A stretch of DNA of 64,000 nt from Eimeria praecox (lineage: Eukaryota), in the NCBI GenBank assembly GCA_963920595.1, contig OY986946.1:6138001-6202000 (forward strand), written 5' to 3'. Within the stretch, counting starts at the first letter, position 1; every line of letters begins with the position of its first letter. The position numbers were made by a program, and so were the translations under genes. The notes below the pieces were generated by a model. That model did not search any database, was not told the DNA's origin, and saw only the letters and a list, made by a program, of their open reading frames with translations. Of this stretch, positions 10,870 to 23,383 are shown piece after piece.

Positions 10870-13800
10870 ATGGGCCTTTCGACCAGCATACTGATGGGCC
10901 AGTGGCTCACCGAGGCCTTACAGCACCGAGCGGCTTTGGGCCCTGCCTTGTATCCACTGTTTCTTTTGATATCGCACACTACTCTAAGGTGTGAATTGGT
11001 GGCAGCCTGTATCCTCTTGCACGAAGTTCCACGAGCATAATATTGACTCCTCTCAGGCTGCGGGTGGAGGTTGTTAACTACACAGCTGCACTCTTGCTTG
11101 CCATCCTGATTGTCGGCTGGTATCTGTGCGCGGTCAGTCTGCTTAGCCCGGTTTTTGTCAGCATAAATGGGAAGACCGATGTCTTGAACTACCTTAAATG
11201 TTTTTTGTGGCCGCCAAAAGTTGAAGGGAAATGGGCGGATGCCATAAGAACCAGGACGCTCACATCATTCCTTGTCTTTTCTTTTGCTGTGGCGAATGCG
11301 TGTACCAGGTATCATCATATTGCTCCATAAATACCGTTTCCCGAATTCCAGGACCACCAGAGCCCACACGTGGCAGGTCACTCCACGGTGATGGGGCGGA
11401 AGGGCGGCGCACCCGCCGAATTCGTGTATGGGTTGGGTATCAGCTCCCTACAGCCAGCTGATCAACTGGACAACGAAGAAACGCCGTTACGGTTTGTCAG
11501 CGTGCAACTACAACTCGCCGATCTAGGCAAAAATCTAGACGTTGGTCAGTTTTATAGGATTCCTTGTTCCGGGGCCGGTTGCGAAACCAGACAAACAGAT
11601 GAACACAACCTCACTATATTTGCACTGAATTGATAGGAAGTCAGCGTCTACACCGGGACTGGGTATTCTTGACTGCAACTGCGTATCTGGACAGTCGTTC
11701 TTCGTCACTAAATGGGAGTGCCTTTGCGAACTCTGTGGTGCAGACATCCACGCTTTCCTCTTCGAGTCCGACGGTACATATGTAGACTGTGTATTTTATA
11801 AGAACCCGACCCTTGCGGGCAGAAGTGTCCGACTTCTTCAGCACGACCAGGAACTCCTCGTAGACTTACGCTATATCCCTCAGAGATGCAGCTTCATCGT
11901 GTGCACTTTGGCAATCTACTCCGGCGGCACCGTTGCTCAACTAGGGGATGGCTCCGTCCAGGTCAGCACGATTAAATCTGACTCTGAGTCCGTAGATAAG
12001 TGGAAAGGAACAGCGTAGTATAGTTGCAGACGGCAGTGCGGGCAGTTCTTGACGGGTTTCCGATCCCAACTGTTGTCTTGGTGGAGGCTGACTGTATTTA
12101 GAAGCATTTAATCTGATGGTAAAGTGGTTTATACGGCTCACTTCCCCATCATAATTGCTTTGTTATGGGTTATGCCTCAGCTCAGCGCGCTAGTCCCTCG
12201 CGTAGGGCTAGAAGAGAATGTAGATTTCCCGCATCTTCCTTGCGGCCAGATTCCCCCAGGCTCCTCGGAGTTCTATGAATGGGTGTGCCTTGGAACGCTT
12301 CCTTTGAGACCGAGGAGCAGTCTTGGAGAGGAGTGTGGTATGATGCTGTGCCTTCTCGCCCATCATGCTGGCTTTTGGTACTTCAAGCCAGTGTTGAAAC
12401 CCGTCACAGCATTCACACCTCAGGGGCTAATCGAACCAGCGCAGGTACAAATTCCTTGCCCAGCTATGCAGTGGCAGAGGCTTCAAATTCCAAGCTTGGT
12501 TTCGCATTTGAAGACTGCCTTTAGCAACTAAAAGGCCTCTTCTTATTTTGCCTGTCTCTAACCTCAGGATTACGTTACGAGGCACGTTGCCGGGTTGAGT
12601 GAACAATTCCCGGGTGTAGAACTTGGCTCTTTGCTTAAGGCAGTTCGTGAAGGTACCCATGGGCAATTTGAATTGGCAGATACAGCGGAGCGCCAAGCCG
12701 TGAGTTCAGTTTGCTTCCCGATTGATGCTTATCCATATGGCAAGGCTACCAGTAGTAGTTGGCTGAGAAGACAATAGACGTCAAAGCCACTGAATTGATC
12801 TTCGCACTTCTTTCTCGTGTTGCATTTTTCGTCGTGCTTTTTTGTTACCACTAGGAAGCGGCCGCAGGGCATCATGCACTAAGAACATCTGAATCCGGGG
12901 CCCCCAAGGGAATTGGACTTGAAACTGGTGATGCGGTAGAAAGTGTACTGAAGAATGAGCATTCCGAGATATATAGGTAAGGGCGGCCATACTATTTTGG
13001 GTAATGATAGCTGCACGTGATGCCAGTTGCTGTTGTTGGGCGCGAGGCCTGTGTGTAGTGCCTACTCAGACAGTGGTGCTTTCCCTTTTGTGCCCCAAAG
13101 CATTTTGCTCCCCATTCTGTGCGGAAAATGTTGTGTATAGTGATAGCGCTTCTGAGAGAGACGCAAGACGGGGCAGCATGACGTTGTTCGCACGCGGCGA
13201 AGGCAAGCCAACATGGCATGATGCCGAACAGCAAGCGGATGGCTGTGCTTTCAGGGAAAAAAACAAGCGGCATGGGGTGCTAACTGAAAATCAAGAGAAT
13301 GTAACTGTGGAGGAAACACCTGGGAAGCAGGCAGCTTCGCTTTTGCAGGGTACTGCCGACTCTTCACTTGATGGAATCACGGTGCAGGTTCAAGGAAGAA
13401 GGAAACTTCCGCAATACCCGATAGCGGGGCACAGTGGCAATTACGATGATGGCCAGTTCCAAGCCAGTGAGGTACAGCCTTCTGATATGGAAGACCATCC
13501 TAATGACGGAGGTGAGAGAAGAGGCAACACCACGCAGAAGGAAGCCGGGAATATTTCACAAGGTGGCGAAGGTGACGAATGCCTTGGGGGTCTTTCGAAA
13601 AGGCAGAGAGGAACAAGAGTTAAGGACATAGGTGCTTCTCAGGAAGCAGTTTCAGGGAAACAGAAAGGAAGTGGAGGTGGGGCGAGCCGTTTTTACTGGG
13701 AGTCTAGATCTGACGATAAGTTGACCAGAAACCAGTAAGCATTGGCACATTTACATTAGTAACCACTAGGCGCTATTAAAAGGTGTAAACGGAAGCAGGA

Positions 13801-15321
13801 TAGTTTTCACCCTTCTCTAAAGAATCAGCACATTCTTCACTGCCGTGCTAGGCGCTCAGTCTGTTGTGAATCATTGAGACTGTCGTGCGATCCCGATATC
13901 TTTGCTTCTGAATCCCTGTAGTGTACCCGTCGATGGAGTATCCTTGGTCGGATCATTTCCTCCTGTCAATGATTACGGAGGGGATTCCTGCCATGGGATG
14001 AACGCATACGATGAGCGCGATACTGCTGAAAGAAACGACTGGTGGAGAAAGTCTGTTGAACGACGTTTAGGTGCACTAGAACGTTCTGTCGAAAGCATCG
14101 GGGGCAACATCCAAATGATTGCAGCAGCAACATCCGAAATGCAGAAAAACAACAAGCTTTATATTCAAGAACTTCGCGAGAGGTTTACAGAGCTAAAGGT
14201 ACAAACGGAAGTTTTATAGAATAAATAAGCGGCAGCTGGTATGGGCAACCGGCACTATGAGCCGGCCATTATAGTCCCCTCAAGCTCTGAATGTCAGAGG
14301 CTTGCCGTTTGAGATTGGCTCACGCCCTTGCTTATTGAGCTTGAGTTCACGCTTTCTCAGTGGGGGTGCAATATTGCAACGGAGCGAACCGTTTTAGTAT
14401 AGGCCATGTTGCGTTTTCGCCCCAGAGTGACGTCGCTTCAGATATTGAGTCTGCTTTGTCGGGTCCCCTGGAAGCCCTCAGTTTGAGAGTTGATGCGGTG
14501 AAGGATGACGGAGGAACTGATGCAGCGCAATTAGCAGAACAACGGCGAAAGCTTTGGGCGGTAGACCGGATGGTTCTTCTTCTTGAACGAAATTGGCATC
14601 TGCTAGCGCAGTCCATATCCGAAGTAAGGAGTGCATTTGCGCCGTTTATGATCCTTCACATGCTGTTTCTTCCGGGCGCATAGTGATAGTTTTCTTGCTT
14701 TGGTTATGAGTGCAGCTTCGCTTTCAACTCTCGGGACTCGAACAACGCATTGAGCAAGCAGTACCCGCTATTCGGGACTCACCTGTGCTGCCAACGGATC
14801 ATGCAAAGGTTCGTTCTGCGTGCCGCGCGAGGGTGCATTCAGGCTTGTCCCTGAAAGTGTGTTGGGGGGAACTTAGAACTTTAGGAGAAGAAGTCGATGC
14901 TCAGTTGTTGCTCTGTGTTCCTTGTGGATTGCATATTCAGGGACTGCCCTTGTCACTACAGCCACCCGTGTTTATGAATAGTATCGGGGCGCCGATTGAC
15001 GGGGAAGTGCCTGAGGCATCAAGGCGCACACAAAGTTATGCAGCTGGTGCTCAGCAAGGCGGGGGGCAAACCTTATTCGCCTCCAAGGCTTTGGAGGAGC
15101 TTAGCCGCATGCAGAACCACGCTGAGGCCTTTGGAGCCTGTATGCGCCGGCTGGCCAGTGGGACCGCTCCTGATGGTTTAAAGGGACTCAATCCGGTTGA
15201 ACGCCGCGTTTTGTCTTTCTTGGGAACTCCCAAAGCATTTGCTGCATTGCAGGACCTGGAGAGGGCTCTTGAGACCATCAATATGTGTGGACCGGGAACA
15301 TCCGGGACAAGGTTATATTAG
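10870..15321 (+). CDS. Multi-exon TerD-domain protein with N-terminal hydrophobic/TM segment and C-terminal low-complexity and coiled-coil regions
   Basis: Phase-consistent GT-AG exons: 10870-10988, 11057-11132, 11352-11544, 11744-11961, 12181-12444, 12568-12699, ~12855-12976, 13141-~13734, 13922-~14199, ~14426-14623, ~14716-14808, 14941-15321. The spliced product contains KNLDVDIHAFLFESDGTYVDCVFYKNPTLAGRSV..ELLVDLRYIPQRCSFIVCTLAIYSGG..GMMLCLLAHHAGFWYFKPV, matching the TerD pattern DLDxSAFLL..D.VFYNN..I.VDL..VP..IVF.VTIY..GELYR..GEWKFRA. Confidence 0.75.
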
Positions 15322-16307
15322 GTATAAGGACTCCTTGTTCTAAATCCAGTTAAGCTCAGAGTCCCCGAGTCACCCATGCTCTGCGTAAAAACTGCAGTTG
15401 CAGTGAGAGATTGGACCATTTTACTAACTTCGTTTTTATTCCTGTTGAGTGGCGTTGTTTCGCCTCTTCGTGAAATATCCTCAACGCGAAGTGACCTGTC
15501 TGTACACGAGATGGGGTGAAGGCGGAATTGGATGGATTAAGCTACCAGGGTGGGGATGCGTAACCAACGGAGGGCGTGAACAGCTGTTGCTGCTCTGTTG
15601 GGCGGGTGTTTTTCAAGGAAACAGCTTGGACGCCACGGCTTCTATGCCGCTTCATTTTGATTGCTGCTAGGTGGGCTTTTGATAACGTGAATAGCTGCCA
15701 ACATAAGGCTTTAATTCTTTGCTACGGTTTACAGCAAGTTTCGTAGCACAAAGTATCGTTTACTTCACAAAGCCAACTTGTGTTGGTAGCAGCCTCCGCC
15801 AAAAGCAAGTTTGACATGCAAGTTAGCTGCACGCAAACTGGATCATGCGACGAGAAAATGCATCGTTGAGTTAATGGGCAGTCATCATCTTCCTGCCCTC
15901 CCCCCTCCGACTCTACAGTGGTTCGTGCCTGCGACTTTAGTCGACATTGCAGGACGCTACGTTTAATTTGGGACTACCGCTCATTACTGTCATTGGTAGA
16001 GCGAGTGCAGCACCAGGCTCACAAAGGGGCGAGCCCGCAAACGATTATCCAACGCTAACTTGCGCATGCATCTTCCATTGCTTTTCGAGAGCTGCAGTTA
16101 TGCGCCTGCCTTAAGGCGTAAATATAATGGAGTGCAGAGGGCCAGGAAGTACCTGGCTAGGTAGCTGTCATCGGCGGCCAGACAACTTACACACGGTAGT
16201 TCTTCTGTAGGAGTAACTTCGGCACGAGTGATTCCTAGAATAAATGGAATTCATTACTCTTACAAGCGAGAAGGCGTCCCCAGTTTCTGCTCACGCAGTC
16301 GGGCCCC

Positions 16308-19300
16308 TTACGCTTCACTCACTTCCACTGACATGATTACTCCAACAAGCGCCGCAACCTTCAGAGTCAGAGCCTTCTGTCGCAGGGAAGAATTCTTATG
16401 CTGCCCTGCAGAGCTGCCACATGCATGTTCATTTGAAATGATGCAGCCGCTGCGGCACAGTCTTCTCAGGCTAGCTACGAAGAGCGAAGCTGCCTTAAAG
16501 GCGAACAAAAGAATAACAATAATGATGACAATTACGGCTCCCAGAACAAGCACCGAAGCACCGAGGATGCAGAGATGGCATAAGTACATTCCACTTTCGG
16601 TGGGGCCCTTCCACCCTTGGCATGCCCACTGGCCAAAGCCAGGCTGATGCAGTCGCTGTTCAGACGCGAAGGAGGAAAGGAGCTTCTCTTTTGCAAGGCG
16701 CCCTGTTACTGCATCAAACGTCCGGGAGAGGATCCATGTTTTTGTTTCCAGCAACTCCACCAACACCCAACTGTCCGCCACCGCACTTGCCGCATGATTA
16801 CCAGCAAAATGCGCAACGCCCGGTGCAATAAGACGCGTTTCTGACAGTCTGCTTTGGTGTTCTGCTTCCGGGATGTTTACCAAAGAACACACCAGCTGAA
16901 GGTCGGGGTCTAGGTCTGCGAAGACGAATGGATCTGCAGGTCTATTTGCCACTCCCCGCTGAAAAAGCTGATACATTTCGTCGCGCTGCTGCTGGCGTCG
17001 AGGACTTTGCAGTTGCAGGCACGCCTGTCGCAACAGCCTGTCGCTTGCTGCAGCGAAGATACCGAGCAGAAGCAGCCGCCTGTCTCTTCTCTTGGCCTTC
17101 GCCCTTAACAGATGGAACAACGCCGGTTCACGCACACGAATGCCAATGAATTTACTTGGGAGCAATCGCCTTGACTCTGCCAACCTAGCAGCGACCGCAG
17201 CACGGGCCGTTGCAGCCAAGCGCGCTAGCTGGTCAGCTGCAGCGCTGAGACGCAAAGCTGCTGCGTCGCCAACTGGGAGAGTGCTATTAAAGGTCTCTCG
17301 CCATGACGTCAAACCAAACATTCGGTCCCATAACCACCGAAGAACTGTATCTGCGAATGACCCCGCAGTCGAAGGACGAGAAATGGATTCCCAAGGAGCT
17401 AGCAAGCTGCAAGAAGTAAATAACAAATTGCTTCGGGAGGGCGAATGAGTTCCTGAGCGCCCTACACCTTCGTCTTCACAAGCATGTACCAACAGCAGAG
17501 CGGCGTGCAGCTGGAGCAATCGCGAAAAAAATATTGCATTCCCGCTAAGAACCGCTTGCGTGTAGGCTTCAAATTCGCGTGATAGGGACCTAATGCGTTC
17601 CACGATAGCCAGCTGCTCGGCTGACTTCAACGCCAACTCGCCGACAAGGCGCTCGCGCTGCTTCTTATATGCTTGTAGTCGGATGCGGAACCTAGAGGCT
17701 TGATTGGCAGTCAGCTTCCGATGCAAGTGTAGTGGTCGCCTCTGCTGCTGCTGATGGTGCAGATGGCGTATTGCTGCGCCCTTCTTCCTTACATGATGAA
17801 GTTGAACTCCTGATGCACCGCTGTTTTCGGAAAGTTCCTGCAAGTATTCTTGCCGCCGTGCTTCATTGCGGATACGGTCATTTGTCGATGGAAACAAAAT
17901 TATTTGCACAGGGTTCTCGATGAATTCGAGCTCCCCAAAATTGCGTTCCGTGTACACCAAACGAGGGCCTGAAACAACAACGATGCTCCTGCCATTCAAA
18001 CTCAGGCGAATGAAGCGGCAAGCAACAGTAAAATTGTTTCTGCTACCGTACAGCAATGCTCAGATGGTTGGAAGCAAAATACCTGTAATGTCCGCATTAA
18101 GCGAAGATGCAAAGGGAACCCCTTCAGTCAGGAAGTACGCAGCAAGTTCGACCATTGCAGGCGCCGCTCGGCACATTGACTCAGGTACTCCATGCCCCAA
18201 TCCACTGCTTGTCATATCGAAGAGGTATAAACTCGATCGATCTTCCCGGAGCAGCCCATCCTGTGGAGGCTGGTCAGCAGCAAATGGAGGTGGCGGGAAA
18301 GCCCCGCTATAAGCCGGGGCCCGCGGACGCCTCCACCCTTGCCTTGGAGCAAACACATCTGGTTTCGTTGCAGCACGAAAAAGCGCCAACAGAAAGAACG
18401 GGATGTGCCGAGGAATCCACCAGAAGAGCTGCGAAGGCGTGGGTGGTAGGGTACAACACTGCACTGAGGAGTCGCAATCACTGTTGATATTCGTCCCTTC
18501 CGTCTGCTCACTCTCTATTTGAGAGCTCAAGTCGTCAGCATCTGCGCCTGCTAGCCGCTGGATTTGCTGAAGTGGAGTCAGATTTCCAGTTGCACGACTG
18601 TGGAAAGCGGTCAAATAGCTTCGAACCTCTGGTTCATTCAAGCACCAGTTTTCTGGGAGGCGCTGGCAGTGTATCGCTGAGGCAAGCCACCACAGAGGTG
18701 CAAACCACCTCTTTGCCGTAGCCAAATTGCCTCATTTTGGGGTACATTTGTACATACACGACGAGAGAGCAGGCAACCAAGAGGCAAATCAAGACTACCA
18801 TAGGCCTTGTGTTCACACGTACCTGCGAACTCTGCGAAGTGTGTGTCACCAGACAAAATGATTGGCGTTTTCGCTCCGGAACCCGCTAGCAACGCAAAAA
18901 GCCGCTCCCGTGCCCAGGGGAAGTGGCTCCATGTCTCCGTCACCAATCTAGAAAATGCATTCATACATATGCAAACGTGCAACGTATACAAATGCCGAAT
19001 TCTAAAGTCCGTATCAAGCAAGCAAATAGTAAGCACCAGAGGAGACACGGGAACGTTCAGAAATACAGCTGCACCGCAAATGAAAAGTCCAGCACGCATG
19101 CCCCCAAAACTGAAGCCAAGACCAAGAAACGAAACAGGTAAGTCCCTCTGTGGGCGCAAAGGTGTAAGTAAGCCAAAACCGCTGATGGGCAACGGCCGTT
19201 GCCACGGGGTGCTGTGCTTATGCCCACAAACAGGCTTTTTTAATCGGACTAAAGCGCCTTGCCTGTGGTTGGCGAAAGTCTGCAGAGACGAGACCACTAG

Positions 19301-20942
19301 ATTCACGTCTGCTGTTGATAAATGAAGTTCCTGTTGCAGCCATGACCACTGCTGCTCGCCCAGCATGTCTCCCATGTCCATGAGCCACCAGCTATCTTTT
19401 TCAAAACTGTACATCCCCATGCACAGCAGAGGTTTATATGAAGGAGGAACGTTCTCTTTTCTATGTGGAAAGAACGAGCAAAACGTAAGATGGCAACGCT
19501 GTAGCTCTTCTCCAGCCCCCAGCTCACCGTAAGTCGAGAAAAATAACTTTGACGTTCAGATCTTCACCGATGTAAATTTCGTGAGATGAATACACACCCT
19601 TCCAATCCAGCGACCGAATTGCGGCGGCCCCGTCCACACCCAGAAAATTGAGCATGGCCTCTTTCGACTCTTCAGCAGGAGCACATACACCAACCTGGCA
19701 CTTCGACAGCACTAATCACTGGTATAATGGAGACACCAAAATGTGGACTGGAATCCCGAACAGACTAAACGGCGTAAGCAAAGGTGGCCCAGTACGCAAC
19801 GACTGCATACCATGCATACCATATTTAAATGTGTACATCTTGTTGGCATTGTCTTCGCCCATGTCGTGGTCATCCCAGGTTCCTGCAATGCTGGGAACTT
19901 CTTTCACAAATTCCTGAAATCAAGGGAAAACAAGTACTGAGATCGATGTTGACAAATAACATAAGTAGTAAATAATCCACCATATATCGTGTAGAAATCG
20001 AAAGGGGACCGGAGGCTCTTCACTGCTTGCGCTTTTCATAAGGAACACGTGATCCTTCTCACCATGTATTCTGTATTAGCAAGTTGGCTACTGTAAGCTG
20101 CGATGAGGCCTGGAGGAGGAATTGGCTTTTTCCCCTCGGAAAGCTTCCACAAGAAGTTCCTTGAATCGCTTGCAGTTGGCAACTGCATGTGGTCCGCTGT
20201 ATGAACGCGTATGCAAAGGCCACACTTGGTACGCAGTAACTGCATATGCATAGTCTGGAATAGTATACGGTGGATGTGAGGAGCTGCAGGGATAGCCTGT
20301 TAGGAAGTGGCTCATCGGCTGTGCTGAAGCAAAGAGAGCTACCATATACGTTGTCCCCCATCCACAGGAAAGCATGAGGCTTTCGGCGGCTGATATGTTT
20401 CCAGACTTGGCGGCCTTCAGCATCATGCTTCGCATCCAGCCCTGAAACGCATGCTCCACATGACTTGTGTTTGATGCAGCTCACTCGACCATTCTCATTT
20501 TGGCATAACAAACGATACTTACAATAAAGGCCACCTACTTAATCATATACTTGCCTTCTGGCTGTCTGTTACACGAGGCGTAAATAATTCGGTGGGGGCT
20601 ACGCAGGTGGTGGCCCAAGTCGTAGGGCGGGAAGGACGATGTTGGAAAGCTGCTTAGAGGCGTCCAGAATGCAGGTGAAGGGGTAAATGCGTAATTAGTA
20701 TCCAGTCCACCTTCCCCGAATGAGGCTAATCTGGCATGCCTTTCACTCTTTGCCAATCCGGAAGCGCCTTCGGGCGGCAGAACCTCCGGCATGTCTTCGA
20801 TTGCCACGACGCAAGCATTTAGATGAAACAGAAGAAAAAGTAAAAATAAGACGCGGCAACCATCATACAGAGAGGGTGAACTTTCTTGCTCTTGCCTTGC
20901 ATTCAAGAATCGGATTATACCTAAAAGGTATCGAGGCACCAT
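16308..20942 (-). CDS. PhoD-like (alkaline phosphatase D family) metallophosphatase with recessed signal peptide and C-terminal TM helix
   Basis: Ordered motifs across exons: RIIYASCNRQ, FLWMGDNVY, AGTWDDHDMGEDN, VIFLDLR, MLGEQQWSWLQQEL, ETWSHFPWARERL, IILSGDTHFAE, LFDMTSSGLGH, ERNFGELEF. The long last exon carries hydrophobic LCILGASVLVLGAVIVIIIVILLFAF. The 3' end is tentative. Confidence 0.88.
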
Positions 20943-21644
20943 CTCCCTTGCGCTGCCGTTGAAGCCCAGCGATCAGCAGATTTAACGGCACTTCGCCGAA
21001 CATCCAGCTGGTCTGGATTGCCAGTTGTCCGCTTACGTGTGGTGACGCCGCTTTATATTTGGTTTGGCATAAGGAGAGTACACTGTGTTTTTGTACGAGG
21101 GGCGGTTATGAACGGGCAACGCCAACGACGTCAGCCATTTCGCCGGCCTCCTTCCCGATGCTCTGGGCAATCACACAACTCAGTATTCCCCAGAACAATA
21201 CCAACTGTAAAGTACGTTAGCACTATGAAACTTGCAGTTAAATCAACTGTGCATCCACACAACGATCCGCTTGCACGTTGCTCACGCTCAGTCCTTAGGG
21301 TAGCACGCACTAAGAAGCGTGCCAGATACGCCGTATGCAACCTAAGAAGGTTTCAGGCAGACTTACCACCAAAATTTCCGTTTGACATTAGGGCTTTCCT
21401 TAGAGCTACAACAACAGCAATAACCCCCCAGCCCCAAGCCCCGGGCAGCCAGTGGTATTGAAGCGCCAACGTCGATAGAGTAGCCAGTGTATGAGGATTC
21501 CATAAGGCCCATATTGCATCATTGAGGATCTCTTACTGGTGTCTTGATGGAATTTGAATCACACAGGCAGGAGACGTGCTGCTCTGCTCAACTTCCACTG
21601 CGTAGCTCTCGGAGTCAGAGTGACGAGGCGCGTCACTACTTATT

Positions 21645-22455
21645 ATGCCAAAGTGGCATTTATTCCCTTCCTTATCTCTTTTGGCTCATGTGAAGAAGGT
21701 TCGTGTGCGCCTACACCCAGGCAGGGTGGCCTCAGAAGGATGCCGACAACTCGCGTGTATGCTGCACAGCAGCAAGGTACAGCAAAAATTTCCGGGCCTT
21801 CAGTCACGCGTCGAGCTCTTAGGGTAGGTTCTTCATATTTTACACAGCATAGCTGTTGCGTGTGTGGAGGCAAGTGGATACACCAGGTGAGTCGTAAAGG
21901 CTTGCCTGGTTCCTACGCTTGGGCAGCAGAAAGACAGCAGAAGATGAGCCTGTTGGGCATTCAAAGCTTGGCATATGAGATGATTTTTCCTTTGCCAGCA
22001 CATGCAGAGGGTTTCCGTGGTTGGGCTTTTCGGATTCAGGTACGATGCGCCATCGGAAGTGCACATCGAGTTAAACAATGGCAAGAAGTTTAGGTAAGGA
22101 TGCATGGTTGTTTTAAGCTTTTATGTGCGTCTTCTGAAGGTTGGGAAAGCTTATAGATTGGATATTGCCATCATCCACTACTCTTGTACTTTGTCTTTGC
22201 TCTATGTTTGACTTCAAGGCTTCCTGGGGATGGTTTCTCTCTTAAAGAGCTGCACATGCGCATAGACCGGGAACAGTATCAGCGTAAGCCAAGACGTCAG
22301 TTAAGGTTAAAATGCATGGTAGCAACGCCAAGTTTAGCAAGAATAGGAAGCTGTATCTAGGTTTACTGCCCGACCATTATCTTCGCCTGTTTTCAGTTTA
22401 TGTTAAACACATCAAGGAACACGCAGCTGACGCAACAGCTGACGACGATGGGTGA
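21645..22455 (+). CDS. mL53: Mitochondrial ribosomal protein mL53-like
   Basis: Four phase-consistent exons (21645-21823, 22040-22093, 22219-22283, 22397-22455) give MPKWHLFPSLSLLAHVKKVRVRLHPGRVASEGCRQLACMLHSSKVQQKFPGLQSRVELLGYDAPSEVHIELNNGKKFRLPGDGFSLKELHMRIDREQYQLYVKHIKEHAADATADDDG. This fits the L53 pattern VKxVRVxFxP...SxKVxxxNPxC...PxVxVxFxDG. Confidence 0.72.
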
Positions 22456-22816
22456 TATATAATATTGGTATCAAGTAAGCAGAAGCCTTGAAATGAGCGC
22501 CACTTTGGGTCTTCGGCGGTGTGAACAGGGAAGTGGCGCTGGCCACTGGACAACGCACACATGTTCTTCAGGTATACGGTAAATTAGTCGCGTTCTATCT
22601 TGGAGCCGCTGTTGAAACTTTTCTGCACTCATCTGTCTTGGAGGTCGATGTGCTTTCCATTGCGCAGGGTTGCTTTCATGTAGCCCGTTCATCCCCGAGC
22701 TAACCGGTCTTCTTTGCCTGTGCTCATCAATAAGTGAGCCGCTGCGTCTAGAGCCCACCCGATGCTTAAGTACGGGGGTTCACAATCGGAAAGTGGGCAG
22801 TGCGCTAACTGAAGGT

Positions 22817-23152
22817 TAAGAAGCTTTGCATGCTTTGCATGCGCATTCCCTACGAGGCAGCGGCCCGGTTACTCTGCCTGGGGATTTAGTACCATCCTAA
22901 GGTGCCTGCTGTAATGTGGACTGCATTTCAGCTCCGCTCCCCTGTACCAAACGGCATGCTCCTGGGCCAAACGGCATGCTTGTACTTTACAAAATCCATT
23001 TCACCACGTGAGCTGGCACATTTCATGCAGCAAATGTTTGGGTGGTTACTCCAGTACTCCACTCGAGCCAGATGCTACTAGGCCCGGGGAGAGGAACGGG
23101 GTCGCTACCTCGTAGGCAATGCGCATGCAAAGCATGATGCAAAAGCTTCTTA
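22817..23152. mobile_element. Foldback / MITE-like element with ~80-bp imperfect terminal inverted repeats
   Basis: Left arm 22817-22895 (taagaagctttgcatgctttgcatgcgcattccctacgaggcagcggcccggttactctgcctggg...) is the approximate reverse complement of right arm 23071-23152. TA lies at both outer ends. Internal direct repeat ccaaacggcatgct x2. The inverted repeat is certain; mobility is inferred. Confidence 0.5.
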
Positions 23153-23383
23153 CTTGCGTGCCGAGCGAGCGTGAACTTCCGCAGCGCATGCATATGGATG
23201 CAGTTTCTATGGCTAGCTCGGCCGCCCCCCACTCTCTTTGCCAGGATGCATCAAAACTACACCACTCCCATCACTTCTGCTTTGAGCTCCATACAAAAAG
23301 TGAAGTTCAAACAAGCGGAGGCTCCCAATCCATCAAAACCTGGGTTCCTTTGTCTGATTTAGTTGCACCGGCACGGCCTCAGA

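Noticed and set aside
18056..18062. In-frame TGA between two PhoD ORFs, suggesting readthrough, selenocysteine or a pseudogene
   Set aside because: The stop is most simply intronic; an AG acceptor precedes GPRLVYTERNFGELEF.
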